A stretch of 64,000 nt of DNA from Moraxella sp. (GTDB taxonomy: Bacteria; Pseudomonadota; Gammaproteobacteria; Pseudomonadales; Moraxellaceae). Position 1 is the stretch's first letter, and the number at the start of each line of letters is the position of its first letter. Shown in pieces: positions 1 to 9,395 of this stretch. Position numbers and translations under genes: made by a program. The stretch spans positions 72,552-136,551 of the forward strand of contig NZ_JAUNDY010000003.1 in NCBI RefSeq assembly GCF_030525845.1, given 5' to 3'. The notes beneath the pieces were generated by a model that had not been told where the DNA came from, ran no database searches, and saw only the letters and a program-made list of their open reading frames with translations.

Positions 1-213
1 CTGTTTGCTCCTTGGTTGAGGATTTTTATTGTATATCGTTCCTTTTTTGATTGCAACTGCTTAGATTTGGTTAAATTTGCCCAAATCTCAACTTAAAATT
101 GTGAATGATTGATAATGCTGATGTTAATTTTGGGCTTAAAGGGGAAATTTTGCAATTTACCCCTTTAAAATCAAATGCTTATATTAGGTTAAGATGGGTG
201 TTATTGGTACATT

Positions 214-1305
214 TTACACATTGAAACGAAAATGCATCACATCGCCATCTTGCACCACATAAGTTTTGCCTTCTAGGCGAGATTTGCCCGCCGAGCTTGC
301 CCCTTTTTCGCCTTTATATTCAATAAAGTCATCAAAGGCAATCACTTCGGCACGGATAAAGCCCCGCTCAAAATCGGTATGAATAACCCCTGCCGCCTGT
401 GGTGCGGTCGCCCCAACAGGCACCGTCCACGCCCGCACTTCTTTGACCCCTGCGGTAAAGTAGGTTTGCATTTTTAGAAGTTCATAACCTGCACGGATAA
501 CCCTATCCAAGCCAGCTTCCGCCATTCCCAAACTTTCCAAAAACTCTGCCTTTTCGTCTTCGTCAAGCTGGGCGATTTCTGATTCTAATTGATTGCACAA
601 TGGCACGACAATGGCGTTATCGCCTTTGGCAAATTCACGCACCGCATCTAGGTGGGGGTTGTTTTCAAAGCCGTCTTCGCTCACATTGGCAATGTACATC
701 ACAGGCTTTAAGGTAATTAGTCCGTACGATTTGATGAGTTTTTTCTCATCATCATCTAGATCTGCCATTCGTGCAGGTTTGCCGTCCGCCAAAAACGGCT
801 CAATTTTTTGGAATACATCAAGCATGGCTTTGGCTTCTTTGTCGCCCCCTTTGGCTTTTTTGCCCACATTGGTAATGGCACGGGTTACGGCTTCTAAGTC
901 TGCCAACGCAAGCTCGGTGTTGATGGTTTCAATGTCTGACAAGGGATTGACCCGTCCGTCCACGTGAATGACATTGTCATCATCAAAGCACCGCACGACA
1001 TGGGCGATGGCGTCCGTTTCACGAATGTTGGCAAGAAACTGGTTGCCCATACCTTCGCCCTTACTCGCCCCAGCGACAAGCCCTGCAATGTCCACAAATT
1101 CCATACTGGTGGGAATCACTCGTTCAGGCCCCACGATTTCGGCTAATTGTTTTAGGCGTGGGTCAGGCACAGGCACAATGCCTGTGTTGGGGTCTTTGGT
1201 GCAAAAGGGGAAGTTTTCGGCGGCGATGCCTGCTTTGGTGAGTGCGTTAAAAAGGGTGGATTTACCCACATTGGGAAGTCCGACAATACCACAATTAAAA
1301 CCCAT
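214..1305 (-). CDS. ychF: Ribosome-binding ATPase YchF (Obg-family GTPase)
   Basis: 363 aa; N-terminal P-loop '[18 protein letters not shown]'; length and C-terminal TGS-like region typical of YchF. Confidence 0.9.
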   Translation of the reverse strand: MGFNCGIVGLPNVGKSTLFNALTKAGIAAENFPFCTKDPNTGIVPVPDPRLKQLAEIVGPERVIPTSMEFVDIAGLVAGASKGEGMGNQFLANIRETDAIAHVVRCFDDDNVIHVDGRVNPLSDIETINTELALADLEAVTRAITNVGKKAKGGDKEAKAMLDVFQKIEPFLADGKPARMADLDDDEKKLIKSYGLITLKPVMYIANVSEDGFENNPHLDAVREFAKGDNAIVVPLCNQLESEIAQLDEDEKAEFLESLGMAEAGLDRVIRAGYELLKMQTYFTAGVKEVRAWTVPVGATAPQAAGVIHTDFERGFIRAEVIAFDDFIEYKGEKGASSAGKSRLEGKTYVVQDGDVMHFRFNV

Positions 1306-1489
1306 AAAAATCTCTCTTAATTTTCAAGTTGAACTGTTTATTATAGCAGATTTTCACACGCAAATTAAGGCAAATCATGCGTGTGATGCTAAGCGATGGC
1401 AAAATCATGCTAAAAAGTTTTTACTTTGTGTATTTTTGTAAAAAATGGGGTATAATTCACTCCGTTTTATCAATCATAAAAGGTATAAA

Positions 1490-2833
1490 ATGAACGCAGT
1501 ATTATTGGCGGTCATCGTCATGGTAGGACTATCTTTGGCACGAGTGCATGTGGTGCTTAGTCTCATCGTGGGGGCGGTCGTGGGCGGATTGTTGGCTGGT
1601 TTGCCACTGACAGACGCAGGCGAGACGGTGGGGACGCTGACCCATTTTCAAAACGGCATCAAGGGCGGAGCGGGCATTGCCTTATCTTATGCCATGCTGG
1701 GGGCGTTTGCGATGGCGATTGCTCATTCTGGTGTGCCAAAGGCTCTGTCCGATAAAGTGATTGTGTCGGTCAAAAATGCCAAAAGCGGTGGGGTAAAATG
1801 GGCGGTATTTGCCATCATCGTGCTGTTTGCCTGCCTTAGCCAAAACCTCATTCCCATTCACATTGCTTTTATTTTACTACTCATTCCGCCACTATTGACG
1901 GTGTTTAATGAATTAAAAGTGGATAGACGGCTGATTACGTGCCTTTTGACCTTTGGACTGGTTAATACTTATATGTTTATCCCTTATGGCTTTGGCGATA
2001 TCTTTTTAAACGAAATCATCATGGCAAACCTTGCCAAATCAGGGCTTGATACCTCTGGCATTTCGGTGGTAAAAGCAATGGCAATCCCTGCTTTGGGCAT
2101 GCTTTTAGGGCTATTAACAGCGGTATTTGTCAGTTATCGCAAACCCAGAGAGTATGACAACACCAAAACGCTCGCCATCAAGTCAGATGACACGCCCCAA
2201 GCTCGTGATGACAAAATAGGCTTTAAAATCGCAGTAACGCTCATCGCCATCATCGTGGCGTTTGTCATTCAGCTAAAAACGGATTCTTTGATATTAGGCT
2301 CACTCTCTGGCTTTGCGATTTTTATGGCGACAGGCGTAGTCGGTTGGAATAAGGCGGACGATGTCTTTAATGATGGTATCAAGATGATGGCGATGATTGG
2401 CTTTATCATGATTAGTGCTCAGGGTTTTGCCGAAGTGATGAAGGCCACAGGGCATATCGAGCCTTTGGTGTCGTCTGCGGTGGAAGTGTTTGGGGGAAAT
2501 AAGGCGTTGGCAAGCCTTGCCATGCTGATTGTGGGACTGGTGGTAACGATGGGGATTGGTTCATCTTTTTCTACCGTGCCGATTATTGCCACCATCTATG
2601 TGCCACTATGTATGGCGATGGGATTTAGTCCGATGGCAACCCTTGCTCTGGTGGCGACGGCAGGTGTGCTGGGGGACGCAGGTTCGCCTGCTTCTGACTC
2701 GACACTTGGACCGACAATGGGGCTTAACATGGACGGTCAGCACGACCACATCAAAGACAGTGTGATTCCGACTTTTATTCATTATAATATTCCTTTGATT
2801 GTGTTTGGGTGGATTGCCTCGATGGTGCTTTGA
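1490..2833 (+). CDS. Polytopic permease, NhaC/YuiF-like family (Na+/H+ antiporter or amino-acid:H+ symporter type)
   Basis: ~447 aa and highly hydrophobic throughout (>=10 predicted TM segments); ATG at 1490 preceded by AAGG; family assignment is by overall resemblance only. Confidence 0.45.
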   Translation: MNAVLLAVIVMVGLSLARVHVVLSLIVGAVVGGLLAGLPLTDAGETVGTLTHFQNGIKGGAGIALSYAMLGAFAMAIAHSGVPKALSDKVIVSVKNAKSGGVKWAVFAIIVLFACLSQNLIPIHIAFILLLIPPLLTVFNELKVDRRLITCLLTFGLVNTYMFIPYGFGDIFLNEIIMANLAKSGLDTSGISVVKAMAIPALGMLLGLLTAVFVSYRKPREYDNTKTLAIKSDDTPQARDDKIGFKIAVTLIAIIVAFVIQLKTDSLILGSLSGFAIFMATGVVGWNKADDVFNDGIKMMAMIGFIMISAQGFAEVMKATGHIEPLVSSAVEVFGGNKALASLAMLIVGLVVTMGIGSSFSTVPIIATIYVPLCMAMGFSPMATLALVATAGVLGDAGSPASDSTLGPTMGLNMDGQHDHIKDSVIPTFIHYNIPLIVFGWIASMVL

Positions 2834-2958
2834 GAATCCATCACAAACAACCAAACCCAATGAAAATATTTTGGCAAATCGCTACAAAAATTGTATAATA
2901 TCAAGTCATGTCAAACACCGACAATCTTGATTAACACATTAAATTTTAAGGTATATTT

Positions 2959-3708
2959 ATGGCAGGTCATTCCAAGTGGGCGAATATTAAACATCGCAAA
3001 GCCAAACAAGATGCCGCAAAGGGCAAAATTTTTACCAAAATTATCCGTGAAATCGTCTCCGCCTCTAAGGGCGGAGACCCAGACCCAGCGAACAACCCCC
3101 GTCTGCGTGCCGTGCTAGAAAAAGCCAACGCCGCCAATATGACCAAAGATGTCATCAAGCGTGCCATTGAGCGTGGGCAAGGCGGTGGCGAGGGCGACAA
3201 TGTTCAAGAAATCACCTACGAAGGCTATGGCGTCGGCGGTGTGGCGGTGATTGTTGAGACGATGACCGACAACGTCAATCGCACCGTTGGCGAAGTTCGC
3301 CACGCATTTAGCAAACACGGTGGCAATCTTGGAACAAGTGGCTCGGTGGCGTATTTATTTAGCAAACGAGGCGAGATTATTTTTAATGATGTGAGCCTAG
3401 AAGACAAAGTGATGGAAGTTGCTTTGGAGGCAGGGGCAAGCGACATTGAAAATGATGGCGAGAGCTTGCTTGTGATTACCGAACCCAATGACTTTGGAGT
3501 GGTGGTGGACGCACTCGCAGAAGCAGGGCTAAAAGCAGACAATGCCGAAGTAACCATGTCGCCTTCCACAACTGCGGACATTGATAATATTGATGACGCC
3601 CAAAAAGTGCTAAAAATGATTGATATGCTAGAAGATTTGGACGATGTCCAAGAAGTCTATACCAATGTCAATTTTAGCGATGAAGTGATGGCACAGCTTG
3701 ACGCTTGA
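2959..3708 (+). CDS. yebC: YebC/PmpR family DNA-binding transcriptional regulator
   Basis: 249 aa beginning '[27 protein letters not shown]', the YebC signature. Confidence 0.9.
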   Translation: MAGHSKWANIKHRKAKQDAAKGKIFTKIIREIVSASKGGDPDPANNPRLRAVLEKANAANMTKDVIKRAIERGQGGGEGDNVQEITYEGYGVGGVAVIVETMTDNVNRTVGEVRHAFSKHGGNLGTSGSVAYLFSKRGEIIFNDVSLEDKVMEVALEAGASDIENDGESLLVITEPNDFGVVVDALAEAGLKADNAEVTMSPSTTADIDNIDDAQKVLKMIDMLEDLDDVQEVYTNVNFSDEVMAQLDA

Positions 3709-3728
3709 TTTGCCTGTCGTGCTTTTTT

Positions 3729-3765
3729 GGATATGGCAGAAGTGTCATATCCAATTTTTGTTTTT
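3729..3765 (+). terminator. Rho-independent terminator after yebC
   Basis: Inverted repeat ggatatg...catatcc followed by aatttttgttttt. Confidence 0.5.
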
Positions 3766-3779
3766 AATTCATTAAATTT

Positions 3780-4046
3780 ATGATGCAACCTTATTTAAAA
3801 TCTGATTTGCGAGCATTACACAAATTATCCAGCTATCATCGTGATTTATTAAGAGACAGTTTTGAATGTGTGTGTTTTTCTTGTTTGTCTCGTTTTGATT
3901 ATAAAAACATTCAAGACTATGATTGGGTGGATGATGGCAATACCGCCACTTGCCCAATTTGTGGCATTGACAGTGTTTTGCCAAGCGATTTTAATCATCC
4001 TATTTCTGATGAGTTATTAAAAGCAATGCAAGACTATTGGTTTTAG
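3780..4046 (+). CDS. Small Cys-rich hypothetical protein (zinc-ribbon-like CxC...CPxCG)
   Basis: 88 aa with 'CVCFSC' and 'CPICG' motifs; AT-rich; adjacent to a TA pair. Confidence 0.35.
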   Translation: MMQPYLKSDLRALHKLSSYHRDLLRDSFECVCFSCLSRFDYKNIQDYDWVDDGNTATCPICGIDSVLPSDFNHPISDELLKAMQDYWF

Positions 4047-4073
4047 AAAATTGTTTACCAAAAAGGAAATCCA

Positions 4074-4322
4074 ATGATAATCCTAGACCTACCCCCACAA
4101 ACCGTCCAAGTGATTGAACAAGTCGCTCATAAAAATGGACAAAGCATTCAAGATTTTATTACCCTAAGTGCTTATGAAAAAGCCTTACAATCTTTTGCGA
4201 AGCCAAAAGAAGAACCCAAAAAGAGCATTTCTTTAATAGAGTTTATTGAACAATTTGACAATCGCACCCCAATTGGCGATGGATTGGCAATTCAAAAGGC
4301 ATTGCGTGATGAGTGGGATTAA
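4074..4322 (+). CDS. Type II antitoxin (VapB-like small DNA-binding protein)
   Basis: 82 aa; 14-bp overlap with the downstream PIN-domain gene; AT-rich. Confidence 0.5.
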   Translation: MIILDLPPQTVQVIEQVAHKNGQSIQDFITLSAYEKALQSFAKPKEEPKKSISLIEFIEQFDNRTPIGDGLAIQKALRDEWD

Positions 4323-4686
4323 ATATTTATTAGACACTTGTTTTATTATTGAACTTTATAATGGTCATCAAGGCGTTATTCAAACCATTAAAAGCAATAA
4401 TATTGATTTAGCTTTGTGTGCAATTAATCCAATCAATCGTATGGAAGTCTTGGGGTTTGGCGATTTGACAGAACATAATGCCAAAAACCTTGAAAAATTA
4501 TTGGATAATTTAACCAATTTACCCATAGACAGAACCATAGAAAACACCGTCATTGAATTAAGAAAACGCCATAAAATCAAATTACCTGATGCGATTGTAT
4601 TGGCAACCGCATTAACCCACAATTTAGAATTATTAAGCCTTGATACGGGTTTAATAAACAAATACCAAAAAGAAATTGCCAATTAA
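4309..4686 (+). CDS. vapC: PIN-domain toxin, VapC family
   Basis: 'KYLLDTCFIIE' N-terminal PIN acidic motif; ATG at 4309 overlaps the antitoxin stop. Confidence 0.6.
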   Translation: MSGIKYLLDTCFIIELYNGHQGVIQTIKSNNIDLALCAINPINRMEVLGFGDLTEHNAKNLEKLLDNLTNLPIDRTIENTVIELRKRHKIKLPDAIVLATALTHNLELLSLDTGLINKYQKEIAN

Positions 4687-4702
4687 AATTAGGAAAAAAA
4701 CT

Positions 4703-6244
4703 ATGCTAACCCCCCATATCCGTGCCATTTTGCAAGCCACCGTTTATGAAGTTGCCATCAACACTCCGCTTGACAAAGCCCATAAACTCTCCGCCAAACT
4801 TGGCAATGACATTCGCCTAAAACGAGAAGATTTACAGCCTGTGTTTAGCTTTAAATTGCGTGGGGCGTACAACAAAATCAGCCAATTATCACAAACCGAA
4901 AAACAAGCAGGCGTCATCTGTGCGTCTGCGGGCAATCACGCACAGGGCGTGGCGTTTTCGGCAAACAAATTGGGGCTAAAAAACCTGATTGTTATGCCCA
5001 AAACCACACCCGACATCAAAGTGGGGGCCGTCAAACGCTTAGGCGGAGAAGTCTTGCTACACGGCGACAGTTTTGACGAAGCCAACCGCTTTGCCATTAA
5101 CAAAGCCCAAACGGACGGTATGACCTACATCGCCCCCTACGATGACCCCCTTGTCATTGCAGGGCAAGGCACGATTGGGGCGGAAGTTTTACAGCAATGG
5201 CGAGAAGTAGACTATGTCTTTGTGGCATGTGGAGGTGGTGGCTTACTGGCAGGTATATCCGCCTTTTTGGGGGAAATCGCCCCCCATGTCAAGGTGGTGG
5301 CGGTTGAGCCAGAGGGGGCAGCTTGCCTAAAAGCCGCCTTAGAAGCTGGTAAACCTGTTCGTCTGCCCCAAGTATCAATTTTTGCGGACGGCGTGGCGGT
5401 GGCAGAAATTGGCAAAACCCCCTTTGAAATCATTAACTTACAAAAATCTGACAACTCAGGCATACTCATCGAGCCAGAAGTCGTTACCTGCACCAATGAC
5501 GAAATTTGTGCGTCTATTAAGGACATTTTTGATGAAAACCGAGCCATTGTAGAAACGGCAGGGGCGTTATCCGTTGCAGGTATGAAAAAGTTTATTAAAA
5601 ACAATAACTTGACTGGTAAAAATTGTGTCGCCATCATCTCAGGGGCAAACATGAACTTTGACCGCCTGCGTTATGTTGCCGAACGCACCGAGATTGGCGA
5701 AAACAAAGAAGCGATTTTTGCGGTGCGATTGCCTGAAAAAACAGGGGCGTTTTTGGACTTTTGTCGCACTTTGCAAGGGCGTAACATCACCGAATTTAAC
5801 TACCGACTGGACGCCACAGACCCAAGCGTTGCCAATGTCTTTGTGGGCATTGGGTTAAAAGACGGGCAAGGAGAACGCACCACACTGATGGACATTTTGG
5901 ATAGAGGGGGCTACACCGCACACGATTTGACGGACGATGAAGCGAGCAAGACGCACATTCGCTATCTGATTGGCGGACACGGTCGCTTGACGGATGAAAA
6001 ACTGTTCCGTGTGATGTTCCCAGAACGCCCCAACGCCCTATTAAACTTCCTAGAAAAACTCGGGCAAGACTTTAACATCACGCTGTTTCACTATCGCAAT
6101 CATGGCGCCGCCGAAGGGCGGGTGCTGGTTGGTTTACAAGCCACTGCCCATTCGTCACGGCAAATTGTGGACGCTTTAAATGACATTGGTTATTATTGTG
6201 AAGATTTAAGTGAGAATGTAGGTTATGGGGTGTTTTTGAAATAA
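4703..6244 (+). CDS. ilvA: Threonine dehydratase, biosynthetic
   Basis: PLP lysine motif 'SFKLRGAYNKI'; two C-terminal ACT-like regulatory repeats; ~513 aa from the ATG at 4703. Confidence 0.9.
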   Translation: MLTPHIRAILQATVYEVAINTPLDKAHKLSAKLGNDIRLKREDLQPVFSFKLRGAYNKISQLSQTEKQAGVICASAGNHAQGVAFSANKLGLKNLIVMPKTTPDIKVGAVKRLGGEVLLHGDSFDEANRFAINKAQTDGMTYIAPYDDPLVIAGQGTIGAEVLQQWREVDYVFVACGGGGLLAGISAFLGEIAPHVKVVAVEPEGAACLKAALEAGKPVRLPQVSIFADGVAVAEIGKTPFEIINLQKSDNSGILIEPEVVTCTNDEICASIKDIFDENRAIVETAGALSVAGMKKFIKNNNLTGKNCVAIISGANMNFDRLRYVAERTEIGENKEAIFAVRLPEKTGAFLDFCRTLQGRNITEFNYRLDATDPSVANVFVGIGLKDGQGERTTLMDILDRGGYTAHDLTDDEASKTHIRYLIGGHGRLTDEKLFRVMFPERPNALLNFLEKLGQDFNITLFHYRNHGAAEGRVLVGLQATAHSSRQIVDALNDIGYYCEDLSENVGYGVFLK

Positions 6245-6261
6245 AGCATAGAGAAAAAATA

Positions 6262-6293
6262 AAGGTGCGTAAATGGTGCGTGGTACGCACCTT
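6262..6293 (+). terminator. Terminator-like hairpin after ilvA
   Basis: aaggtgcgta...tacgcacctt perfect 10-bp inverted repeat; weak T-tract. Confidence 0.3.
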
Positions 6294-6326
6294 AAGATTA
6301 TCCTAATTTTTGAATTGTGGGAAAAT

Positions 6327-6848
6327 ATGACTTTAATTCCAAAAAGCATTGCCAGTGATACGGTTTATTTTTATAAATTACAATATAAAATAATGTATGT
6401 GATTGGCATAGCTTTTATTAGTATTTTTGCTTTAACTGCTTTATCAATGTCAACAAATTCATCAATCATATTTTTTATCTTTATCATTGGAATAATTGCC
6501 TTTCATATGATGACTTTTAAGTATATGAAAGAAAACATCTTAATCCTTGCCGAAGAAGTAAAAGAAGTGGAAAACGGTTTATTTATCAGAAATGGTAAGA
6601 TTAGTGAAACAATAGAATATTCAAATATCCAATCTGTTACCTATCGCTATTCGTTTTTTTCCATCAAAAATAATGTTGTGGAATTGAATTTTATCAATCC
6701 TACCATATTAGGCGATAAAGTCAGATTTATCAGTTGGGCAGATGCCAGTAATTATCAAAGGGAATTTAACCCATTTCCCGTAAAAACTCCAGAAACACGA
6801 GCATGGGTTAATGCTTTACAAGAAAAAATTTCACAAAGCACCAAATGA
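6327..6848 (+). CDS. Hypothetical membrane protein, possibly bacterial PH-domain (bPH_2/YdbS-like)
   Basis: AT-rich; two N-terminal TM helices then a soluble domain; start taken at 'MTLIPK'. Confidence 0.35.
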   Translation: MTLIPKSIASDTVYFYKLQYKIMYVIGIAFISIFALTALSMSTNSSIIFFIFIIGIIAFHMMTFKYMKENILILAEEVKEVENGLFIRNGKISETIEYSNIQSVTYRYSFFSIKNNVVELNFINPTILGDKVRFISWADASNYQREFNPFPVKTPETRAWVNALQEKISQSTK

Positions 6849-6987
6849 GATTTACCGCAAAAATATCTCTTGATAATTCATCAAACCTTATCATTTTCTG
6901 TCAAACAGTCGTTGATAATTTATCTTTTACCCACAGATAGTAGAGATTATAATAAATCACGTTTTGTCTTATTAAAAGAGCCAAATC

Positions 6988-9117
6988 ATGCCCACACACA
7001 CCATAAAAATCACAGGCATGACCTGTCAGGCCTGTGCCACTCGCCTAGAAAAGGTATTAAACAAAAAGCCCAGCGTGCAACTGGCACAGGTGAATTTTGC
7101 CACCGAAACCTTATCGCTTGATTTAAATGAGGCTGTCAGCGATGAAGAGGTTTTAACTTGGATAAAAAAGACAGGATTTACAGGACAAATCATAAAAAAT
7201 ACCGCACAAAATCAAGAAACTAATCATCAAAACCTCCCCTACCATCTCATTGCACTCGCCGTACTCTCTACCCCTTTTTGGCTCGGCATGGTTGGCATGA
7301 TGTTTGGTACGCATGCACTTATGCCTCCTAATTGGGTGCAGTTTATGCTGGCAAGCATCGCTCAATTTGGTCTAGGCCGGCACTTTTATCAAGGGGCATG
7401 GGCGAGTGTGCGTGGCGGCTTGTTGGGTATGGACATGCTGGTGGTACTTGGCACGAGTGCAATTTGGGCGTATTCGGTCTATGCATGGCAACATGGCGAA
7501 CATGTGTATTTTGAGGCAAGCGTGATGATTTTAACTTTCGTCAGTCTTGGCAAATACCTCGAACACCGTACCAAAACAGGTAGTTTAAACGCCCTACACA
7601 AACTCATGCAACTGCTCCCCCAAACCGTCCCCAAAAAAGAAGGGGATACTTGGATTAGTACGCCTCTATCTAACATACAAATTAATGACATCTTGCAAGC
7701 GAAGCATGGCGATAAAATCGCTGTTGATGGCATTGTGATTGGCGGGCATGGCGACATCACACAAGCACACCTGACAGGCGAAAGTCATTATCTTCCCAAA
7801 AACATCGGCAATACGGTGCTAGCAGGCAGTATGGTGGTAGATGGCAGTATCATTTACCAAGCATGTGCCACAGGCGATAAAACCGCCTTAGGACAAATGA
7901 CCCAAGCACTAGCCCACGCACAAGGCACAAAAGCTCCCATTTCACGACTTGCTGACCGTGTGGCTGGTATTTTTGTACCAATAGTAATGACACTCTCTTT
8001 GCTGACTTTTTTGGGTAATCTGTACCTACTAGGCGAAGTTAATGCCGCTCTTATGAGGGCGGCTGCGGTGCTAGTCATCGCCTGTCCATGTGCATTGGGT
8101 CTTGCCACACCAACTGCAATCATGGCAGGCATGGGCGTGGCAAGTCGTCATGGGGTGCAATTTCTGGACGCTAGCACATTAGAGATGGCAGGTCAAATCA
8201 AAATCATGGCATTTGACAAAACAGGTACACTCACACAAGGCAAGCCATCGGTGGTCGACATACACACCACCATCAATCAAACGCTGTTTTTGGATATGGT
8301 TGCAAGCCTAGAAAGCCACAGTAATCACCCCCTAGCACTTGCCATCTGCCAATACACCAAACCCACTACCACATTTAATATCACGAACATCACAAGTGTG
8401 TCAGGGCTTGGCATGCAAGGGGACATTCAGGATATAGGCACCATCAAGGCAGGGACAGCGGATTTTGCGAATGCTCCTACTGATTTTGGAGAGTTTAGTA
8501 AAGCACACCCCACCGCCAGTTTGATATTTGTCTCCCTAAACAACCAACCCATCGGTGTTATCGCCCTCTCCGACACCCTAAAATCCAGTGCCAATACGCT
8601 CATACACCACCTAAAATCAGAGGGAATTTATCCCATCATTCTAAGTGGCGACCGTCAAAGCGTGGTCGATGATGTGGCAAAAAAGCTGGGCGTGGTCGGC
8701 TTTGGCGAGCTTAGTCCACAAGATAAAGCCAACAAAATCAAAGAATTACAAATTCATCACAAAACTGCCATGATAGGCGACGGCATTAATGATGCACTTG
8801 CCATGACGCATGCCGACATCGGTATGGCGGTTAGCGAAGCCACCGATGTCGCAACAGGATCTGCCAACGTCAGATTGCTGACCCCCTCAGGCGATGCCAC
8901 AACCATTTATTACGCCTACAAAATCGCCAAAATGACCATGACGAACATCAAACAAAACTTGTTTTTTGCCTTTATTTACAACATCATCGGCATACCGCTT
9001 GCCATGATGGGCGTGCTAAATCCCATGTTTGCCAGCCTTGCCATGACACTAAGCTCGCTGTCGGTACTGGCAAACGCCCTAAGATTACAAAGGGTTAACC
9101 TAAAAGACACTTCATGA
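6988..9117 (+). CDS. copA: Copper-translocating P1B-type ATPase
   Basis: N-terminal HMA 'GMTCQACA', TGES, CPC transmembrane motif, 'DKTGTLT' phosphorylation site, 'GDGINDA'. Confidence 0.9.
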   Translation: MPTHTIKITGMTCQACATRLEKVLNKKPSVQLAQVNFATETLSLDLNEAVSDEEVLTWIKKTGFTGQIIKNTAQNQETNHQNLPYHLIALAVLSTPFWLGMVGMMFGTHALMPPNWVQFMLASIAQFGLGRHFYQGAWASVRGGLLGMDMLVVLGTSAIWAYSVYAWQHGEHVYFEASVMILTFVSLGKYLEHRTKTGSLNALHKLMQLLPQTVPKKEGDTWISTPLSNIQINDILQAKHGDKIAVDGIVIGGHGDITQAHLTGESHYLPKNIGNTVLAGSMVVDGSIIYQACATGDKTALGQMTQALAHAQGTKAPISRLADRVAGIFVPIVMTLSLLTFLGNLYLLGEVNAALMRAAAVLVIACPCALGLATPTAIMAGMGVASRHGVQFLDASTLEMAGQIKIMAFDKTGTLTQGKPSVVDIHTTINQTLFLDMVASLESHSNHPLALAICQYTKPTTTFNITNITSVSGLGMQGDIQDIGTIKAGTADFANAPTDFGEFSKAHPTASLIFVSLNNQPIGVIALSDTLKSSANTLIHHLKSEGIYPIILSGDRQSVVDDVAKKLGVVGFGELSPQDKANKIKELQIHHKTAMIGDGINDALAMTHADIGMAVSEATDVATGSANVRLLTPSGDATTIYYAYKIAKMTMTNIKQNLFFAFIYNIIGIPLAMMGVLNPMFASLAMTLSSLSVLANALRLQRVNLKDTS

Positions 9118-9219
9118 CACAACGCAGTACCCCCATTTTGTCAAGTTATTCCATGCACTGATGTTTTGCAGTTGAGCATTTAAAAAATCATTAGGATTAT
9201 GTTAAATAAATTTTACCCA

Positions 9220-9251
9220 AAAAAAACGGCAACCATTGTTACCGTTTTTTG
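9220..9251. terminator. Bidirectional rho-independent terminator between copA and the metS-like gene
   Basis: acggcaac/gttaccgt stem flanked by an A-run and a T-run. Confidence 0.5.
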
Positions 9252-9256
9252 ACTAC

Positions 9257-9385
9257 TTAAAGGTCATCTGAAATTTTGCTGATGTCAATGTCAGGATTTT
9301 TGATGAGATGGAGCGTTGAAAAAATCAGCCCACCCCAAATCAATACCATCGCAACCAGCATGACGACTAGTGCACTACCACTCAT
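9257..9385 (-). CDS. MetS-like small subunit of a methionine/alanine-importer NSS transporter
   Basis: 42 aa 'MSGSALVVMLVAMVLIWGGLIFSTLHLIKNP...'; AAGGAGA RBS overlaps the stop of the upstream NSS gene. Confidence 0.55.
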   Translation of the reverse strand: MSGSALVVMLVAMVLIWGGLIFSTLHLIKNPDIDISKISDDL

Positions 9386-9395
9386 ACGATTCTCC

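Noticed and set aside
136-175. Hairpin downstream of ychF (aaagggg...cccctttaaaa)
   Set aside because: 7-bp stem with a 15-nt loop and no clean U-tract on the ychF strand; too weak to call a terminator.
593-1441. Several plus-strand ORFs (124, 60 and 157 aa) overlapping ychF
   Set aside because: They lie antisense within a well-supported conserved gene, are Ser/Ala/Leu-rich as expected for antisense frames, and have no motifs.
6870-7121. 83-aa ORF overlapping the copA start
   Set aside because: Frame-shifted overlap with the copA HMA domain; no RBS or motif; copA start at 6988 is well supported by the HMA motif position.
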